The notes under the pieces are model-generated. The model was not told the origin of the DNA, made no database searches, and saw only the letters and a program-made list of their open reading frames with translations. This document shows, in pieces, positions 10,501 through 25,500 of a stretch of DNA of 64,000 nucleotides. This stretch comes from Somniosus microcephalus (Eukaryota). Location: contig CM126214.1 of assembly GCA_052327205.1 (NCBI GenBank), positions 181,040,001 to 181,104,000 of the forward strand. The letters are read 5' to 3'. The position numbers and the translations under genes were made by a program. Numbering within the stretch: the first letter of the stretch is position 1; every line of letters begins with the position of its first letter.

Positions 10501-13500
10501 ATACTCAATGATTCAGCATTCATAGCCCTTTGGGGCAGAAATTTCCAAAGATTAACAACCCTGAGTGAAGAAATTCCTCCTCATCTCAGTCTTAAATGGC
10601 CGACAACTTTATCCTGAGACTATGTCCCCTAGTTTTAGACTCTCCAGTCAGGGGAAGCAACCTTTCAGTATATACCCTGCCAATCCTCCTCAGAATTCTT
10701 ACATATTTCAATGAGATCATCTCTCATTCTTCTAAAATCCAGAGGGTATAGGCCCAATCTACTCAATCTCTCCTCCATAGGACAACCCTCTCATACCAGG
10801 GATCCTTCCTCAGATAATCAAATATACCTCTAAGCACTGCTCTTGCATTTGTATAATCCTTCAAGCAGCCATGTCTTCCTGAAACTTTCGCTGCACTGAC
10901 TAAATGAGCAACACCACAGGAGATCTACTGGTTATATACAGGATTCATTGTAGATTCACCTGATGGCTCAGGTCACAAAGGTCCTTGGTTTGATCCCCAG
11001 TTTGAACAGAGTTAGCTGATTTCAGTTGGGGAGTTACAGTTGGCCTCCGTCCCGTCTGTTAGGGTGGGGAATTGATAGCCAGCAAATCCTGCTGAAAGTG
11101 TGCCAGAAGGCAGCCAGTGCCCATGGATCCTTACGTCAGCTAAGAATTGATGCCTTCAGAAGACGAGGAAGCATATTGGTGTGAAAAAGATTAGTACAGT
11201 AATGATGGCAAGACTGGATGGATACAAATATGCGCAATGCAGTATTTTAGTAAAATGGAGATGTGCAGGAACTAGTGTGTGTTTGTGTATCTTTTTGCTA
11301 ACTTGTGTAGAAATTCCGAGATTGCTTGCATTATTGACGAGCTGGAAGGAAAGGAAACAGAAATGACAGCAGCCATTTGGTTTTTTTCCCCCTCCATATA
11401 CTTGCAGACTCCCACAAGTCCAGCAAAAGCGAAGAGAAACACAAGCATAAAGAGCACAAGCATAAGGAGCACAAGTCAAAGGATCGGGACAAGGATCGCG
11501 AGAAATCGAAGCACAGCTCCTCCGGCTCCAAGAATCATAGCAACAGGTACCGTTGATCATTTGTGCATTTTCTACCTGCTGTGAAATGTCGCTGTTCTGC
11601 GTGCGGACTGGGATTGAAACTTTACAGTGCGGTTCATTTGGGCGAGCACGTCCCTCGCATTGGGAACGTAATGAAAGGACTAGAAATGATCACAAGTTGA
11701 CTGCACCTCTTGAGGTGATCAGGGTGTCTCCTGGGTCGCTAATAGCTATTCTGACGAGTGCTAAATGAAAATGGCTGTTTGTGACCAACCACCAGCCTTG
11801 CCATAGACAGGTGACACTTGGTATTTTAAAAAATTTTCTCCTCCCTAACTTTCTCTGGGGTGTGGTGTCCTGGCTGCCCTTTGATACCTGGCCAAGGGCC
11901 CAGTATTCATTTTGCAAGGCTTTGGTGGTATCTGCGAGATGCCGACTACTGATGCTGAAGCATGGCAGCCGCGTCTAATTCTGTCCTTGCTCAGTGACAA
12001 CACTGATGATTTGTAATAGAACTATGGCGTTTTTCCTGCTTCATGGGCACCCGGGGTTAATAATGCCTCCAGTGCCAATCTGGCTAAGATCAGCTAATTT
12101 GGCACGGAACAGGGATCATCCGGCTCTTCTATAGCTCAGACTGAACCAACAGAACCACAGGATGTAGGTTTGAGCATCCCCATTACTGCTCTGAGGTCAA
12201 TTGGCCTCTATATCTGCCCACCTTGGGAGCAACTGGCTAGTGGCATTGATGGGCAGAGGTTCATCTGTTCCCCATGGTCTGGGATGTGAAGGAAAAAAAA
12301 GGGAAGCAAACTAGATCCAATCATTAACTATCTCTTTCCCCTCTCCAGTATACATACAACAAATATTGGCACACTATTTGATTGTGGGGGAGATCACAGT
12401 CAGTTTTGGTCCTGTCCTTAACTGACATCCACTTTCTTGCCAGGGTCATTGAATAGCAGTCAGGAACAGAACCCGGTGTGATTTTTTTTTTTCGTGTTTG
12501 TCACGCCTAACCCAAAGGTACAGCGGCCAATTATAGCGCATTTTACGTGAACTGGCGGCAGAGTCCGGCTTGGCTGTGGTGCCCGCCCCAGTTGAATAAG
12601 GTGATGCTTGCGTGTGTTGGCTCACACAAAGAATGGCTCCTTTGGTGAGGTGCTGGGGGTGGCTGTGGCTTTGGGAAAGAAGGGATGAAAATTGATGAAT
12701 GTGACGGGAAGCTCGTTTTCTGATTTGTCGGGCAACTGTATAACATGCTTTCTGATTATTCCTAATGAACTGTTCTGGATGCCTTCAGGTTTGTACATTA
12801 GGCAGCATGTCCGGCTTGCAAAGACTGAGGTAGAGTTTACGATTTGACGTACCTTGCACGATGGGAGCACATATTTTAAAATTTGGCAATGGATGTCAAC
12901 GTGACTTCCGTCCATTCGTTTTGTCGCGTGGAAAGTCATGCCGTGATCCAAACCCTGAATTTCCAATATGAAGAGCGCTCCTGTTTGGGAAAACATTCCT
13001 TCTTTTATCTCCTGTGCAGGTGCAGTGGGTTGGAATGTAATCTTTCTAGTTGCTGAGCTTTCCGTCAGGGAAATGCATTTTATTTTTTAAATTGCCACTT
13101 TTTCCAGTGCTGAATGGCCAACCATTGACCCTGCAAAAAATCTTTGCCAGAGGGCTTATGGTCCTAAAGTTCCGTGATCTCAAAATGCCTGATAACCCAG
13201 TTGCACAGAAGCGGCAATTGTAAATCGAACTATTACAAGTGGTGCCCATGGCCAGTAACTCCTCCTTCTGATGCTATCCTGCAGAAAGCTAGGAGGAGTT
13301 GAACTTAATGCTTACCATTAGTGTGTAAATAGCTTCCTAACAATGCCTGTAACTTGCATCTCTTGTCTCCCGTACGCATCTACTTTAAGAAACGTCTCTA
13401 ACCAATTTGAACCCGCCCTCTTGTTACCCGTGTTGCATCCACTTTGTAAGCTGGAATAGAAAGTCACTGGCAACCCTGTGATGCAGTCTAGCCTGTGGGT

Positions 13501-16500
13501 GGCTTGGCTGTTGAAACAGCGGTGAGCTGCTACTTTATTACAAGCTGCCCTCCTGTGTTCACAGAATCACAGAAACCCCACAGTGCAGATAGAGGCCATT
13601 TTGGCCCATCGAGCCTGCACCGACACATATCCCAACCGATCCCCGTAACCCCTACACCAACACATATCCCACCCTATCCTGTAACCCCACGTATTTAATC
13701 CCCCTAACACTAAGGGTCAATTTATCATAGCCAATCAACCTAACCTGCACATCTTTGGACTGTGGGAGGAAACCGGAGCACCCGGAGGAAACCCACGCAA
13801 ACACGGGGAGAATGTGCAAACTCCACAGAGACAGTCGCCCGAGGCCGGATTCGAACCCGGGTCCCTGGCGCTGTGAGGCAACAGTGCTAACCACTATGCC
13901 ACCGTGTTGCCCGTGTTGTCCCACAAGTGCCAGCTCTTACCAGGGTATGTTCCTACGGGTGTGCCTGCAGCCCTCTGGTACTTCACCAGTCCTCTGGTAC
14001 TTCACATTCTTGGTGTTGGAGAGTGAATGCCCACAGGCTATTTATTGTGAGAGTGTTGAAGCCAAGCCTAATCCTGTCCACGGCCGATTGTCAGGATGTC
14101 GCAATTGGCCGGGGGGGGGGTCCTAGCTGCTTTTCTCCACCCTCCCATCATCCAGGAGCACCAAGAGCAATTGTAGTACCTCAACTACTGCTGCCGATGA
14201 GATGAGTTAATGCAGCACGGACTGGGGATTGAACCTGGAACTCTTGTCTGCATGCCATAGTCTTATATGGCCTCTATATTTTACCTACTGTGCCAGTAAG
14301 GAAAGTCTGTGCAACTTTCTTTGCAAGTATAGTAACGTGCATGTTTGTGCTACATACCTGTAGAAGGATAATTGGCATCAGCAAGTTTCAACTTTGAAAT
14401 TCCCTCTCCTCCATTCTCGAGTGCTCCATGGTCCTCTGGAAAGTTCCAAATGCTTGCCCCTTGAGTCGGGAGCAGCAGGCACTGTCTTCGGATTATTAAT
14501 GATCCTAATACCACCAATGTTCTCTTGAACCTGGAGCAGCGCCACTTAATCCACCATTCAAATTGTATAAGGAAGAAGAACGGTGTCCCTTTCCTCCCCA
14601 CTGGCTAGTTTGAGTGTAACACGTGTACATCCAGAGCCCGGTGAGTTGGCTTGGCTGTGGTGGGAGGTTAATAAAACTAATATTTATAACTAGTTTACTT
14701 CACTGTTGAATCACTTTAGTGATTGGCACAGAACACTGGTCTATGAAGATTCATTTGTGCAGACAGAAGAATGGAAGTGTGGCTGCAAAAAGAGGAGGCT
14801 AGGCATGAACTTCCACTTTGGAGCGCCAAATTCCATGAGGCTCCCTTGGATTTCGGTGTATTGTCAGCACTCATTATTTGGGGTGTGGTTGGAGGGTGAA
14901 GCAGCTCTGTTACTGAATTCCCGGTGGGAAGAGGATGCTGGGTACAGGGAAATTGCTGTATGGATGGAGTAAACCACTTTATACTGCGGGTCAAGGGTTA
15001 CATTGTGAGAACAGGCTGCATAGACTAGGCCTGTATTTCCTTGACTATATGCTCAAGGGGGCAATCTAATTGAGGTGTTTAAGATGATTTAAAGGAGTTG
15101 ATAGTTTATCTCTCTCTACCCTATTTCCTCGAGCGGGGGGGGGGTGGTGAAGGAGTCCAGTACAAGGGGGCCTAACCTTAAAATCAGAGCCAGGCCATTC
15201 AGGTGTGATGTCAGAAAGCACTTCTTCACACAAGAGTAGTGGAAATCTGGAACACTCTTTCTTTCAAAAACCTGTGGAAGCTGGGTTTTAAATCCCAGTT
15301 TTGAAATTTTTTTTTTTTATCGATATTTGTTAGACAAGGGTATTAAAGGGTTACGGAACCAAGGCGGGCAGATGGAGTTAAGATACAGATCAGCCCAGCC
15401 ATGATCTCATTGAATAACGGAACAGGCTCGAGGGGCTGAAAGGCTGATTCCTGTTCCTATTGAAAGGCGAGTAGGTTGTGAATTGTCAAATGGGCATCTG
15501 AGCAAGCACTGAGGGATTATGGGGAATAACTTCTCCCACTATGGTCCAAGATTTGCAAGGACTTGTTTTGATTTTACTGTGTTTTCCCACATTATGGCAA
15601 GGCTGGTGCTGGGTCCAGTTGCACAGATGGTGCTTGCCCTCTGCTAATTTGCAAATTATTCATGTATGAGCTTTCACTGAGTTTTGGTAGGCTACTTGGG
15701 GGTGAAGCAGAACATCACAGTTGAGCACGTTTCTTTCCTTGCTAATTCCCATTTACTGGATTGCCGTCGGGAGTCGGAACCCTGTCCATTCCCCGACCCT
15801 CCCTAACCCAGCTCGGCTCAGATCAGCTAGCACCGATACAGTGGTTGAACTTGTGATCTTGCTGGTCTGTGTGGCTTAGCTACTAGCTGGCTAAACCTTG
15901 TGAGCTATGGGGTAGCATATTGTGCATTTTGAACAGCAAGCTTCAACTTCCTGTTCTCTCGCTGCACAGAGCCCTCTGACCGTGTGTTTGATTGTAATTG
16001 GATGCTGCGCGACCCAGTCGGGACTGGTTAGGGAGGGGTGAGTCTGTGTGCTTTACATAGGATATACAGCACAGAAACGGGCCAATCTACCCAACCAGTC
16101 CATGCCGGCGTTTATGCTCCACTCGAGCCTCCTCCCGTCTTTCCTCATCTAACGCTGATCAGCCTTTTCTTTTCAAGAGAAAAGAGACCTATCCTGTTCC
16201 TCCTTTCCTGATGGGTGTAACCTTTCATTTATGGTATCATCCTTGTAAATCTTTTTTTGCACCCTCTCCAGTACCCCTCTATCCTCTTTATGATATGATG
16301 ACCAGAATTTTACACCATGCTCCAAGTGTCCAGTGCTTTATTAATCCTATACAGTCTGATCACCACAATCCAGATTCCCCATTTGCACATTAATTTTTTT
16401 TTAATTGTATGCTGTTCACTAATCTCTTCCAAGACCAGGGCACTGCAATTGGCTAAGGAAGGGGAACATTTTCTCTGGCTCATCTTCACTGCCCCGAGAA

Positions 16501-19500
16501 CCCTGCTGGTCAGTGTGTGCATGGAGCTCTGGAAAGGACCAGTTCATCTGTGATGTCTCCTTAAATTGAATAGCTTGCCAACACATACTGTCTAGCCTCG
16601 TGTATGAAAAAGGGCCACTTGTGTGAGGTACTGGAGGATGGCAGTGCCCAAGAACCAGGCTAGCTGTTGCCTGGGTGATCAGAAGTGTTCAAAGAGGCTT
16701 CTATCAAGTTAAAACAAATGTATATTGGAGGCAACATTCCTGCTAACTGGAAGTCCCACACAGTCCGCTCACTGGCTTCTCGATGGAAATCACCGCGCAC
16801 ACGCGAAAAATTGAATGGGCCGCGCAGCCAGTTAAAGAGCCCGTGCACAAAAAAAATTGCAGGACCATTGATTGGTGGTTAATCTGGTCCTCGGGTGATA
16901 TTTATGTTTGGGAGTCGGTGCCTGTTAGCAGAGGAAGAGAAGATGTTCCTTGTTACTGTGACCTCTTTTTATATTTATATATGGAGTGCTACTCATATAA
17001 AAATAAAGCATGCTGTTGAGTATAGTTAAACAGAAAATGCCATATGGTGTGCTGGAGTCCTTGGCTTACTCAGGAAGTGAGGCATCCCTGATACCTCGGG
17101 TGGAAAGGTTGCTGTATCCTGTGTTATCTTAAATACATGCCATGTATAAGGAAAGTTTAGAGTTGCCAAAGACTTCTGTAAGGCTTTATTCGGCCAGTAA
17201 CGGGAATCCACTAGTATGCTCTCCCAGGCAGCTCAATGCCACATCTCTCTCGTGAAGGTCATTTTGAATGAAGCACTATTCACGACAGAAGAAAGTTTGC
17301 TCACAAATGCAAATACCGCACAAGGGCTATATTGTCTGCCAACGTACGGAAACCATTAGAATGTTGTGTGTGTATTTGTTAACTGGGTCGAAACCTCGAA
17401 CTCTTCTGATCCTCCTTAAATAACTGTTCACTACCAAGTGCTGAAAATCAAATTGGCCAAAAGCTCAGCTGTCGTCTGGTGAAGCTGCGTGTCTTCCTCG
17501 CACGCTGAATTACATTGATCTATAGCCAGTTTTACTGGGGGAGAGGGGAGGAACTGAAGGTTTGCTGTGGGGGTGGGGTTTGTGCTTTAGGAACTCCCCT
17601 TTTCCCTCCATTGAGGGGTACTTTCTTGGGCTGTGTGGAATGACCAGTAGTGACATTTTTCACCCTATCTAAAGTTGGTTAGTAAGTGGCAATTGAACCC
17701 TGCCTCTTCCAGCCTTGGAATAACTATATGCTATAAGGAACTAGGCCCAGTAAGCTGTAAACCCAGCTCTTAATCTGTTCTTGTGGTAACTGAAACCTGG
17801 ATACCTGTCAAAAAACCAAAATTTGAGGTAAAAGATGTTTTATGCAGATACTAAATTTCAAATAACAGTATCTTTATTTTAAAAACAGCTTTTATTAAAG
17901 TTCTCCTGCTTTTGCCTCCCATCTACTGCATCCCTCTTCTTCCCCCACCCAAATCTGCAGCCAAGAATGTGGGCAGGTGAGCTGGTGCTAGGCCAGTGCC
18001 AGTTTTAGCTCCATGCTGGCACACAGTGCTGTGGTAAGATGGCGTGATTTGATCAGCGATGATTCATGATGGTGTGCATCCACCGTGAAACCCACAGTAC
18101 AGGATTTCTCTGCCTACTCTTTGGCAGTGTTATGTCAGGAAAGTCTGGAGAAGTAAAACTTGTGCGTCGCGGGGGGGCAGGCAGCAGTGGGCAGCGTTGC
18201 AAATTGAAAATACTGAGAACTGAATCCTTGGCATGGGTGGGGGGCGGGGGGAAGAGTATTGTAATTTTCTTGCGGTATTAGGAATGCATTGATTCCTTCT
18301 GGTATGTACAGCTCTTGTGCACTTTTATATTGGAGTGCAGTTGTGTCTGGGCATATGGTTCTTCCTGCTTCAGCGGCATCTCTTGGTTTCATTAACCTAC
18401 ACGGAACCCACTGCGTCGTAGGCTTGTGAGAATGTGATTCCAGGAACCTGCTCTTGGATCAAGTGCTCCTTACTGCTCAAACTGAATGAGGAGGCAGTCC
18501 CACACACCAGCAATCTGGTCATTGTGTTAAACGGCGGACGCCGGAGCATGCACAGATCAGCATCTTGCCACAAATCTAAGCCAGGGCAGAGCAAACCACA
18601 AGACCGTAAAACCCCTTCCCCCACTCCCTGACCAGAACCAAGAAATTACAACACTGAAACAGGCTGTTCAGCCCAACCAGTCCATTGTTTATTGTCCAGA
18701 TGAGCAGTGGTCCTTTGCCCAGTCTGATCCCATGTCCTTTTATCCCCATTTCCTTCAGACTGGCATGGTCTTTTCTTCAATCGCTAATTTAAAAAAAAAT
18801 CTTCTCTATTCTAAATCTCTTGCATAATTATTTGTATTTTCTCATTCAGCACGCTAGTGAATCTGTGCTGTACCCTCTCTATGTTGTCTCAACATCCTTC
18901 CTATAATGTGGAGCCCAAAACTGCACTCCGTTCTCTCCAATGTTGGTCTTGCTACGGTTTCCCATACGCCGGAACTATCAACTTCGATGGGGGTGTAAAA
19001 CAGCCAATCACAAGGAAAATTGGGCGGGGTGTATAAGGGCCAGCTGATGCAAACTCGTCTGTTTTATGCTCCCACTCGCGTTTAAAGATCCGCCCATGGA
19101 TTCACCCTTGCATCTTGACTTTTATATTTATATTCTATACCTACTTCAACTGTAGCTTTTAGTGTCTTGTGAACCTGAAGCCTCCCCCCCGCCCCCGGAT
19201 CAATCCGCTCTTCCACATAATCCAACCGTCCCTCATTCAAAGTATAATTATCACCTTTTTTCAACACAAAATGTACCATCTCCCTTTTACTGACCTTGGA
19301 ATTCCATCTGCCACTTTTTTGCCTGTTCCACCATCTTATCAGTATCTGCTTGCAGCTTCCTTTAGTCTTCAGTTATTTACAATGCCTCACAGTTTAGGAT
19401 TGTATACAAATTTGTACATGTCCCATTTAGCCCTATATTCAAATCATTGGCCCTGAAATTGCGGTCGGAGGTGTACCTCCAGAGTACGCCTCCAACCCAC

Positions 19501-22500
19501 GAAACAATTAAGTACGTATCTGCTGGCGCCCAGGCTGCAAAATTTGCGGTCTCGGGCCCCAAGGTGGAGGGCAGCGTAATGGCCCACGGATCCCGGGGGC
19601 GCAGGTAGTGCGGAAGCATACCTGGGATCACTGGGCCTGGTCCTCCAATCAATACGCAGAATTTCATTTCAGTCATTTACAAAGGGAACCCCCTAATGAT
19701 ATGTAATGAAATCCCGAAATGTAATAATTATACAATTAACAGAATTGGAATTTTATTCATCATTACCTTCATTCCACCAACCTCCATAAAAATTAAATTT
19801 TTAGATAATTTTATACATCATTAAACCTGTAATCTGGGCCTATATTTGCATAAACCCATTTAATATAGTATTTGTGCATAATTTGAGATATGAAAATGTT
19901 TAATTTAAGCCTTGGATATCTTCTTGCGCTGATGCAAGCAGGCCCTGCACCTGCTTGACCAACTGTAAGACTTACGTGGGCACTCGCTGGGCAGATAGCC
20001 CAACTCTGCGCCAGCGATTGCTTTTTCGGGGCCCCCGCTGATGGCCTATCAACGTGTATGTTGACAGGCTGCAAGTTCTGGATTTTGCACATGTGCATGC
20101 GGAAATTCCAAACGGAATATAACGGCGTATTCTGAGAGTACGTCGTCACAAGCACCACAATCTCCGGGCCATTAATGTGAACCGAAGTGATCCTAGAACA
20201 GAACCCTATGGGACTCCACCACCAACTCCACTACCAGTGAAAAACTGCCCCTAACGCCTACTCTGCTTCTACTTTTCTAACCAGTTTTAAATCCAATTTG
20301 CTACCCATCGGCTAATTCCATATCCCTTAATCTTCTCCATTAGTCAAAAGGCTTTCTCCAAGCCCATTTACCCCATATCCACTGCATTTCCCTTATCCTC
20401 CATGTATGAAATCTCCTCAAAGAACACTCAATCAGGTTTGTCGAGGACAATCTTCCTTTCTGAAATCCATATCGACTGCTTTTAATAATTTTCTACATCC
20501 TAGATAATAAGTAATTTCATCTTGGCAAAAGACTCCTACCACAGATATTAAACTAACTGCCCTGCAATTACCCAGGTTAGTTCTCTGTCCCTTTTTAAAA
20601 AATGGATATTGCATTGACCACTCTTCACTCCTCAAGCACACCTCCGCTCTCAGAACCCTGATGTGTAATTTCTCGGGCCTCTGCTAGTTCTTTCCCCATT
20701 TCAGGATTCTTCATGTATCCTATCAGTTCCCATCACCTTTGTCTTCCTTTAGCTTAACTAACTAACTTAAATACTGTCCTGTTTTATTTGATATATATCC
20801 TCTACTAACTCACTAGTCTCAACTCTTTGTGTCCCATCTCACATTTAACAATTCTCTTTTTGAATACTTTTTCTTGGGATTCGATCCTCGTGCTCACTTC
20901 TTGCTTTCCTTGTCCTTCTCTTAACTTTCCTTATTTTCTTGGATTCCCTGTTGGCTTTATCATGTCTATAGGCACTACTTGCCCTCTTCAATTTTAATTT
21001 GTTTCTAACCTCTCTCTCTATCCATTGAAACTTGAAGTAGTCTCCTTTTTTAATGATACATATTCTGCAACTTTGACACCTCTTTTTAAAAAAAAAAAAA
21101 AAAAAACATTTTAAAATCCCATCTTTATGAAGGTTTACTATGCTGCTCTGGCTTTGATTTTAAGGTGTCTTTGCAGTGCAGCACTGCATCGCAGGTGCTA
21201 AGGGCACAGCGGAGAACTCTGGGTACTGTTGGCTGACCTAATTTTCACTTGTAACTCATTCCCTCCTCGCTACCAGAATCTGAAAGGTTGTCCCATTTCT
21301 CCTGCCTACTCTTTCTTGGAAATCAATGATGCTCATCCAGTCTCTGAGCTGGAGAGCATTTGGTACTATACAGCTGTGCACTTCTCCTTTTCCTGTGTGC
21401 AGAAAACCCTGTGTTAACCTCCTCATGACTGGTTCATGAGAGAGGGCCCCAAGCAAGACCATAGCAACCCAAAGTGACCAAAATATTCAGGCCAAATCAT
21501 CGAGGTATATGAAATATCAAATGGTGTGGATAAGGTAAACCTGGTTTCCTACTGGACAGTAGGATCAGAAGACATGAATGGTAATTAGCAAAATGTAAAC
21601 ATAAAATGGATACCCTGATCTTTATTCAGATAGATAAATGTTTGGAACAATTTGCCAGGCAGGGTACTAGAGGTAAGAACATTGTTTCTGCAGAACGCAA
21701 GTGGATGCCAGATGGGAGAGTTGAGGTAGCAGAGGTGTCAGTTTTGATCAAATGAATGAATGGTTTTCTCATTGCCAACTTTTCTAGTGTCTTTTCAAGG
21801 TTTCTGGACTTAACCAGTGGTTTTTCAGGATGTAGGTTTGATGGGCAGACAGTAGTCTGTGAGGACAGCAACGTGGACTCTGGGAGGGTGGTGGAGCATC
21901 AATGGAGCACTGTTTTTGTAACTTGCTGGACTGTTGGCAACCGGCTGACCAAACTGGCAGCAAGAAGCTGTCTGCCAGCAAGGCCAAAACCTTGGCTGTA
22001 CTTGTGAAATGGGAATGACAGCAGCCAGCCTGAGCCCTGTGCTCCAAAGCCGAGGCCAGCTCTCTTGGGGCACAGTTAGCGTGGCGATCTGCCCTGTACA
22101 TTCACGGTTAGGTCTCGTGTGCAGAGACATTGCGTTAACCCCCTCCTGACTGGCTCAGGGAGAATATGCTAAAATCGAATGCTGAAACCATTTTTATTTT
22201 GAAGTTTATTGTGCAACCAGCTTTAAACCTTTGCTAACATTTTTTTAAGGGAACTGTGTGTGTGGGGGGGGGGAAATGTCAGTGCTTTGATTTAGCCTTT
22301 TAATATAAAGTCAATGATTTTGAGTAAGAGTAGGTCATTGTGGGGTTGATGAAGAACAACACCGTTTCAAATGAGACTTTTTTTTCATTTGTCCCTTTCC
22401 AACTTCCCCCCCCCCCCCCCCCCCCCCAAATCAATAATCCAGTGACCTCCAACCTGCCCGTCTAATAGCCTTTTCGCCCACCCCCTCATGAATTTGGTTA

Positions 22501-25500
22501 CACATTCATTCACTAATGGGGTTTTCATTTAACCTCTCTATTGTGTAATGGTGTGGAATTCTTGCTTCATTGGGAGGGGAAAAAGGGGAGATTTTAAGTA
22601 TTTGTTCTGCCATTGCTCCAGAATTGCATTCATTTAGGTAACTAAAAAGGACTGGCAGAGATCTGGGGGCATGTCTCCAGCCTGTTCTCTGAACTGGGGA
22701 AAGTACTTGTTGCAGGGAGATTGGAGGGAAAAAATTTAAAACTTTAGACTGGAATAGTGGGTGTCGTTCCAAAGTTGGGTAAAACTATCACAGGCTGTTT
22801 TAAGTGTATCGGACCTGACATCCTATTGGTAATGTAGTAAATCACCTTCTCCACTTGGAGCAGTTACAGCACGGTGGCATAGTGGTTAGCACTGTTTCCT
22901 CACAAGCGCCGGGGACCCGGGTTCGAATCCGGCCTCGGGTGACTGTCTGTGTGGAGTTTGCACATTCTCCGTGTTTGCGTGGGTTTCCTCCGGGTGCTCC
23001 GGTTTCCTCCCACAGTCCAAAGATGTGCGGGTTAGGATGATTGGCTATGATAAATTGACCCTTAGTGTTAGGGGGATTAAATACGTGGGGTTACGGGGAT
23101 AGGGTGGGATATGTGTTGGTGACGGGGATCGGGTGGGATATGTGTCGGTGCAGGCTCGATGGGCCAAAATGGCCTCTATCTGCACTGTGGGGTTTCTGTG
23201 ATTCTGTGAAGTCAGCTGTTGTGGTTACCGCATCTACATTAGAAAGGAAGAACAGGGAAACGCCCATCGAGTCCACCCCATCCAGAGAATAGTATCACCT
23301 CGCATACCATTCATCCAACCGGGAGAGGCAAAAAAATCCCGAGAGGAAAATAACCGATGATCAATGCATCTTAATTCCTTAAGGCAATCGAGCAAAGCCA
23401 TACAGACAGTGGTGGCCCAGAACTCCTCACAATCAGAACTAAGAACTTGCCCTCTTTAACTGGAAATGTCCTGTTTACAGCACTTCAAATAGGAAACTCG
23501 ACAATCTCCTGTGTAGTGAGTCTTCCTCTTTCCCCTCCCCTGTACATGTTCTGGCACTGTGTTCTAGATGACCGTGACTCTGAAGGCAATATTTCTTGGA
23601 ATCTGACCACCTTTTGTCTCTGGATTTTCTAAGCATGCCCTCTAGCCCTGCCATACATACCCATCTCAAATAACTCCTCTAAGCCTGCATTTCTCCAAAA
23701 TAAATAACCCTAACTCTAAGCGCCTATACTAAGCTCGGAGCCCTTAGATATAAGTATCCTTTTCACTGTCTTCCTCTGCAGCTACTCTAGAACCTTGATA
23801 ACCTTCATCTGCAGGGATTGAAACTGTATGCCAAGTGCAGACATACCAGAGCCTATATAGCCTATGTATAGTACTCTTCACTTGATATTTTATGACGCTT
23901 TCACCATAAAACCCTATTTGTTTTTTCTTCTACCATTTCACACAAGTCATTAGCTGATGTCCCCCAGGTCTTTTTCTTGATCCATTAAATTTAAAGGGTA
24001 TCCCTGTGTGATGCAAGCATGCCTGTCGTTACCTTGCCTGACATTGCACTTGTCTATGTTGAATGATGTCTGCCACATTCTGGCCCATTCATCTAACTTG
24101 ACTACATCAGCCTGCAACCAATTGATCTGATCTGCGTCAGTTAGCCCCCCTTCACATTTTCCTCGAGTTTTAATTTAAGCCCCCCTCCTCATCCCCTCAT
24201 GAATGAAAATGAACACCAGAGATTCCAATAGAGCCTTGTGGAACTCTACTCATGAGCAGACCCAGAGTCCCAATTAATAACAGCCCTCCGCCTACACAAT
24301 TTCAACTGGCTATCTATTCAATGTAATAGCTGAATTCATTCTCTGGATGTGGGCCTCGCTGGTAAGACCAGCATTTATTGCCCATCCCTAAGCTGCAGTC
24401 CATGTGGTGAAGGTACTCTCTCAACAGAAACATAGAAGATAGGAGCAGGAGTAGGCCATTCGGCCCCTCGAGCCTGCTCCGCCATTCAATGCGATCATGG
24501 CTGATCATCCAAATTCAGTACCCGGTCCCGGCTTTCTCCCCATACCCCTTGATCCCTTTAGCCTTGAGAAATATATCCAACTCCTTCTTGAATATATTTA
24601 ATGAATTGGCCTCTACTGCCTTCTGTGGTAGAGAATTCCACAGGTTCACCACTCTCTGGGTGAAGAAATTCCTCCTCATTTCTGTCCTAAATGGCCTACC
24701 CCTTATCCTTAGACTGTGACCCCTGGTTCTGGACTCCCCGACCATCGGGAACATCCTTCCTGCATCTAGTCTGTCCAGTCCTGTCAGAATTTTATAAGTT
24801 TCAATGAGATCCCCTCTCATTCTTCTAAACTCCAGCGAGTACAAGCCCAATCGACCCAATCTCTCCTCATACGTTATTCCTGCCATCCCAGGTATCGGCC
24901 TGGTGAATCTTCGCTGAACTCCTTCCATGGCAAGAACATCCTTCCTCAGATAAGGCGACCAAAACTGCACACAATACTCAAGATGTGGTCTCACCAAGGC
25001 CCTGTACAACTGCAGCAAGACATCCTTGTTCCTGTACCCAAACCCTCGCTACGAAGGCCAACATATCATTTGCCTTCTTACCCGCCTGCTGCACCTGCAT
25101 GCTTAACTTCAGCGACTGGTGCACAAGGGCGCCCAGGTCTCGTTGCACTTCCCCTTCTCCCAATCTATTGACATTCAGATAATAATCTGCCTTCCTGTTT
25201 TTGCTACCAAAGTGGATAACCTCACATTTATCCACGTTATATTGCACCTGCGATGCTTCTGCCCAATCACCCAACCTGTCCAAATCATACTGGAGTTTCT
25301 CGGTATCCTCCTCACAGCACACACGCCCACCCAGCTTTGTGTCGTCTGCAAATTTGGAGATATTACATCTAGTTCCCTTGTCTAGATCATTAATATATAT
25401 TGTGAATAGCTGGGGTCCAAGGACCGATCCCTGCGGCACCCCACTAGTCACTGCCTGCCACTCGGAAAAAGACCCGTTTATTCCAACTCTTTGCTTTCTG

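Noticed and set aside
21626-22130. Cluster of 80-105 aa ORFs and a tttttcag acceptor in intron 3
   Set aside because: No homology I can recognise and no matching strong donor; insufficient for an exon call.
22867-22945. tRNA-like A/B boxes (also near 13850, 52950, 55730)
   Set aside because: These are SINE heads continuing into V- or Deu-domains, not tRNA genes.
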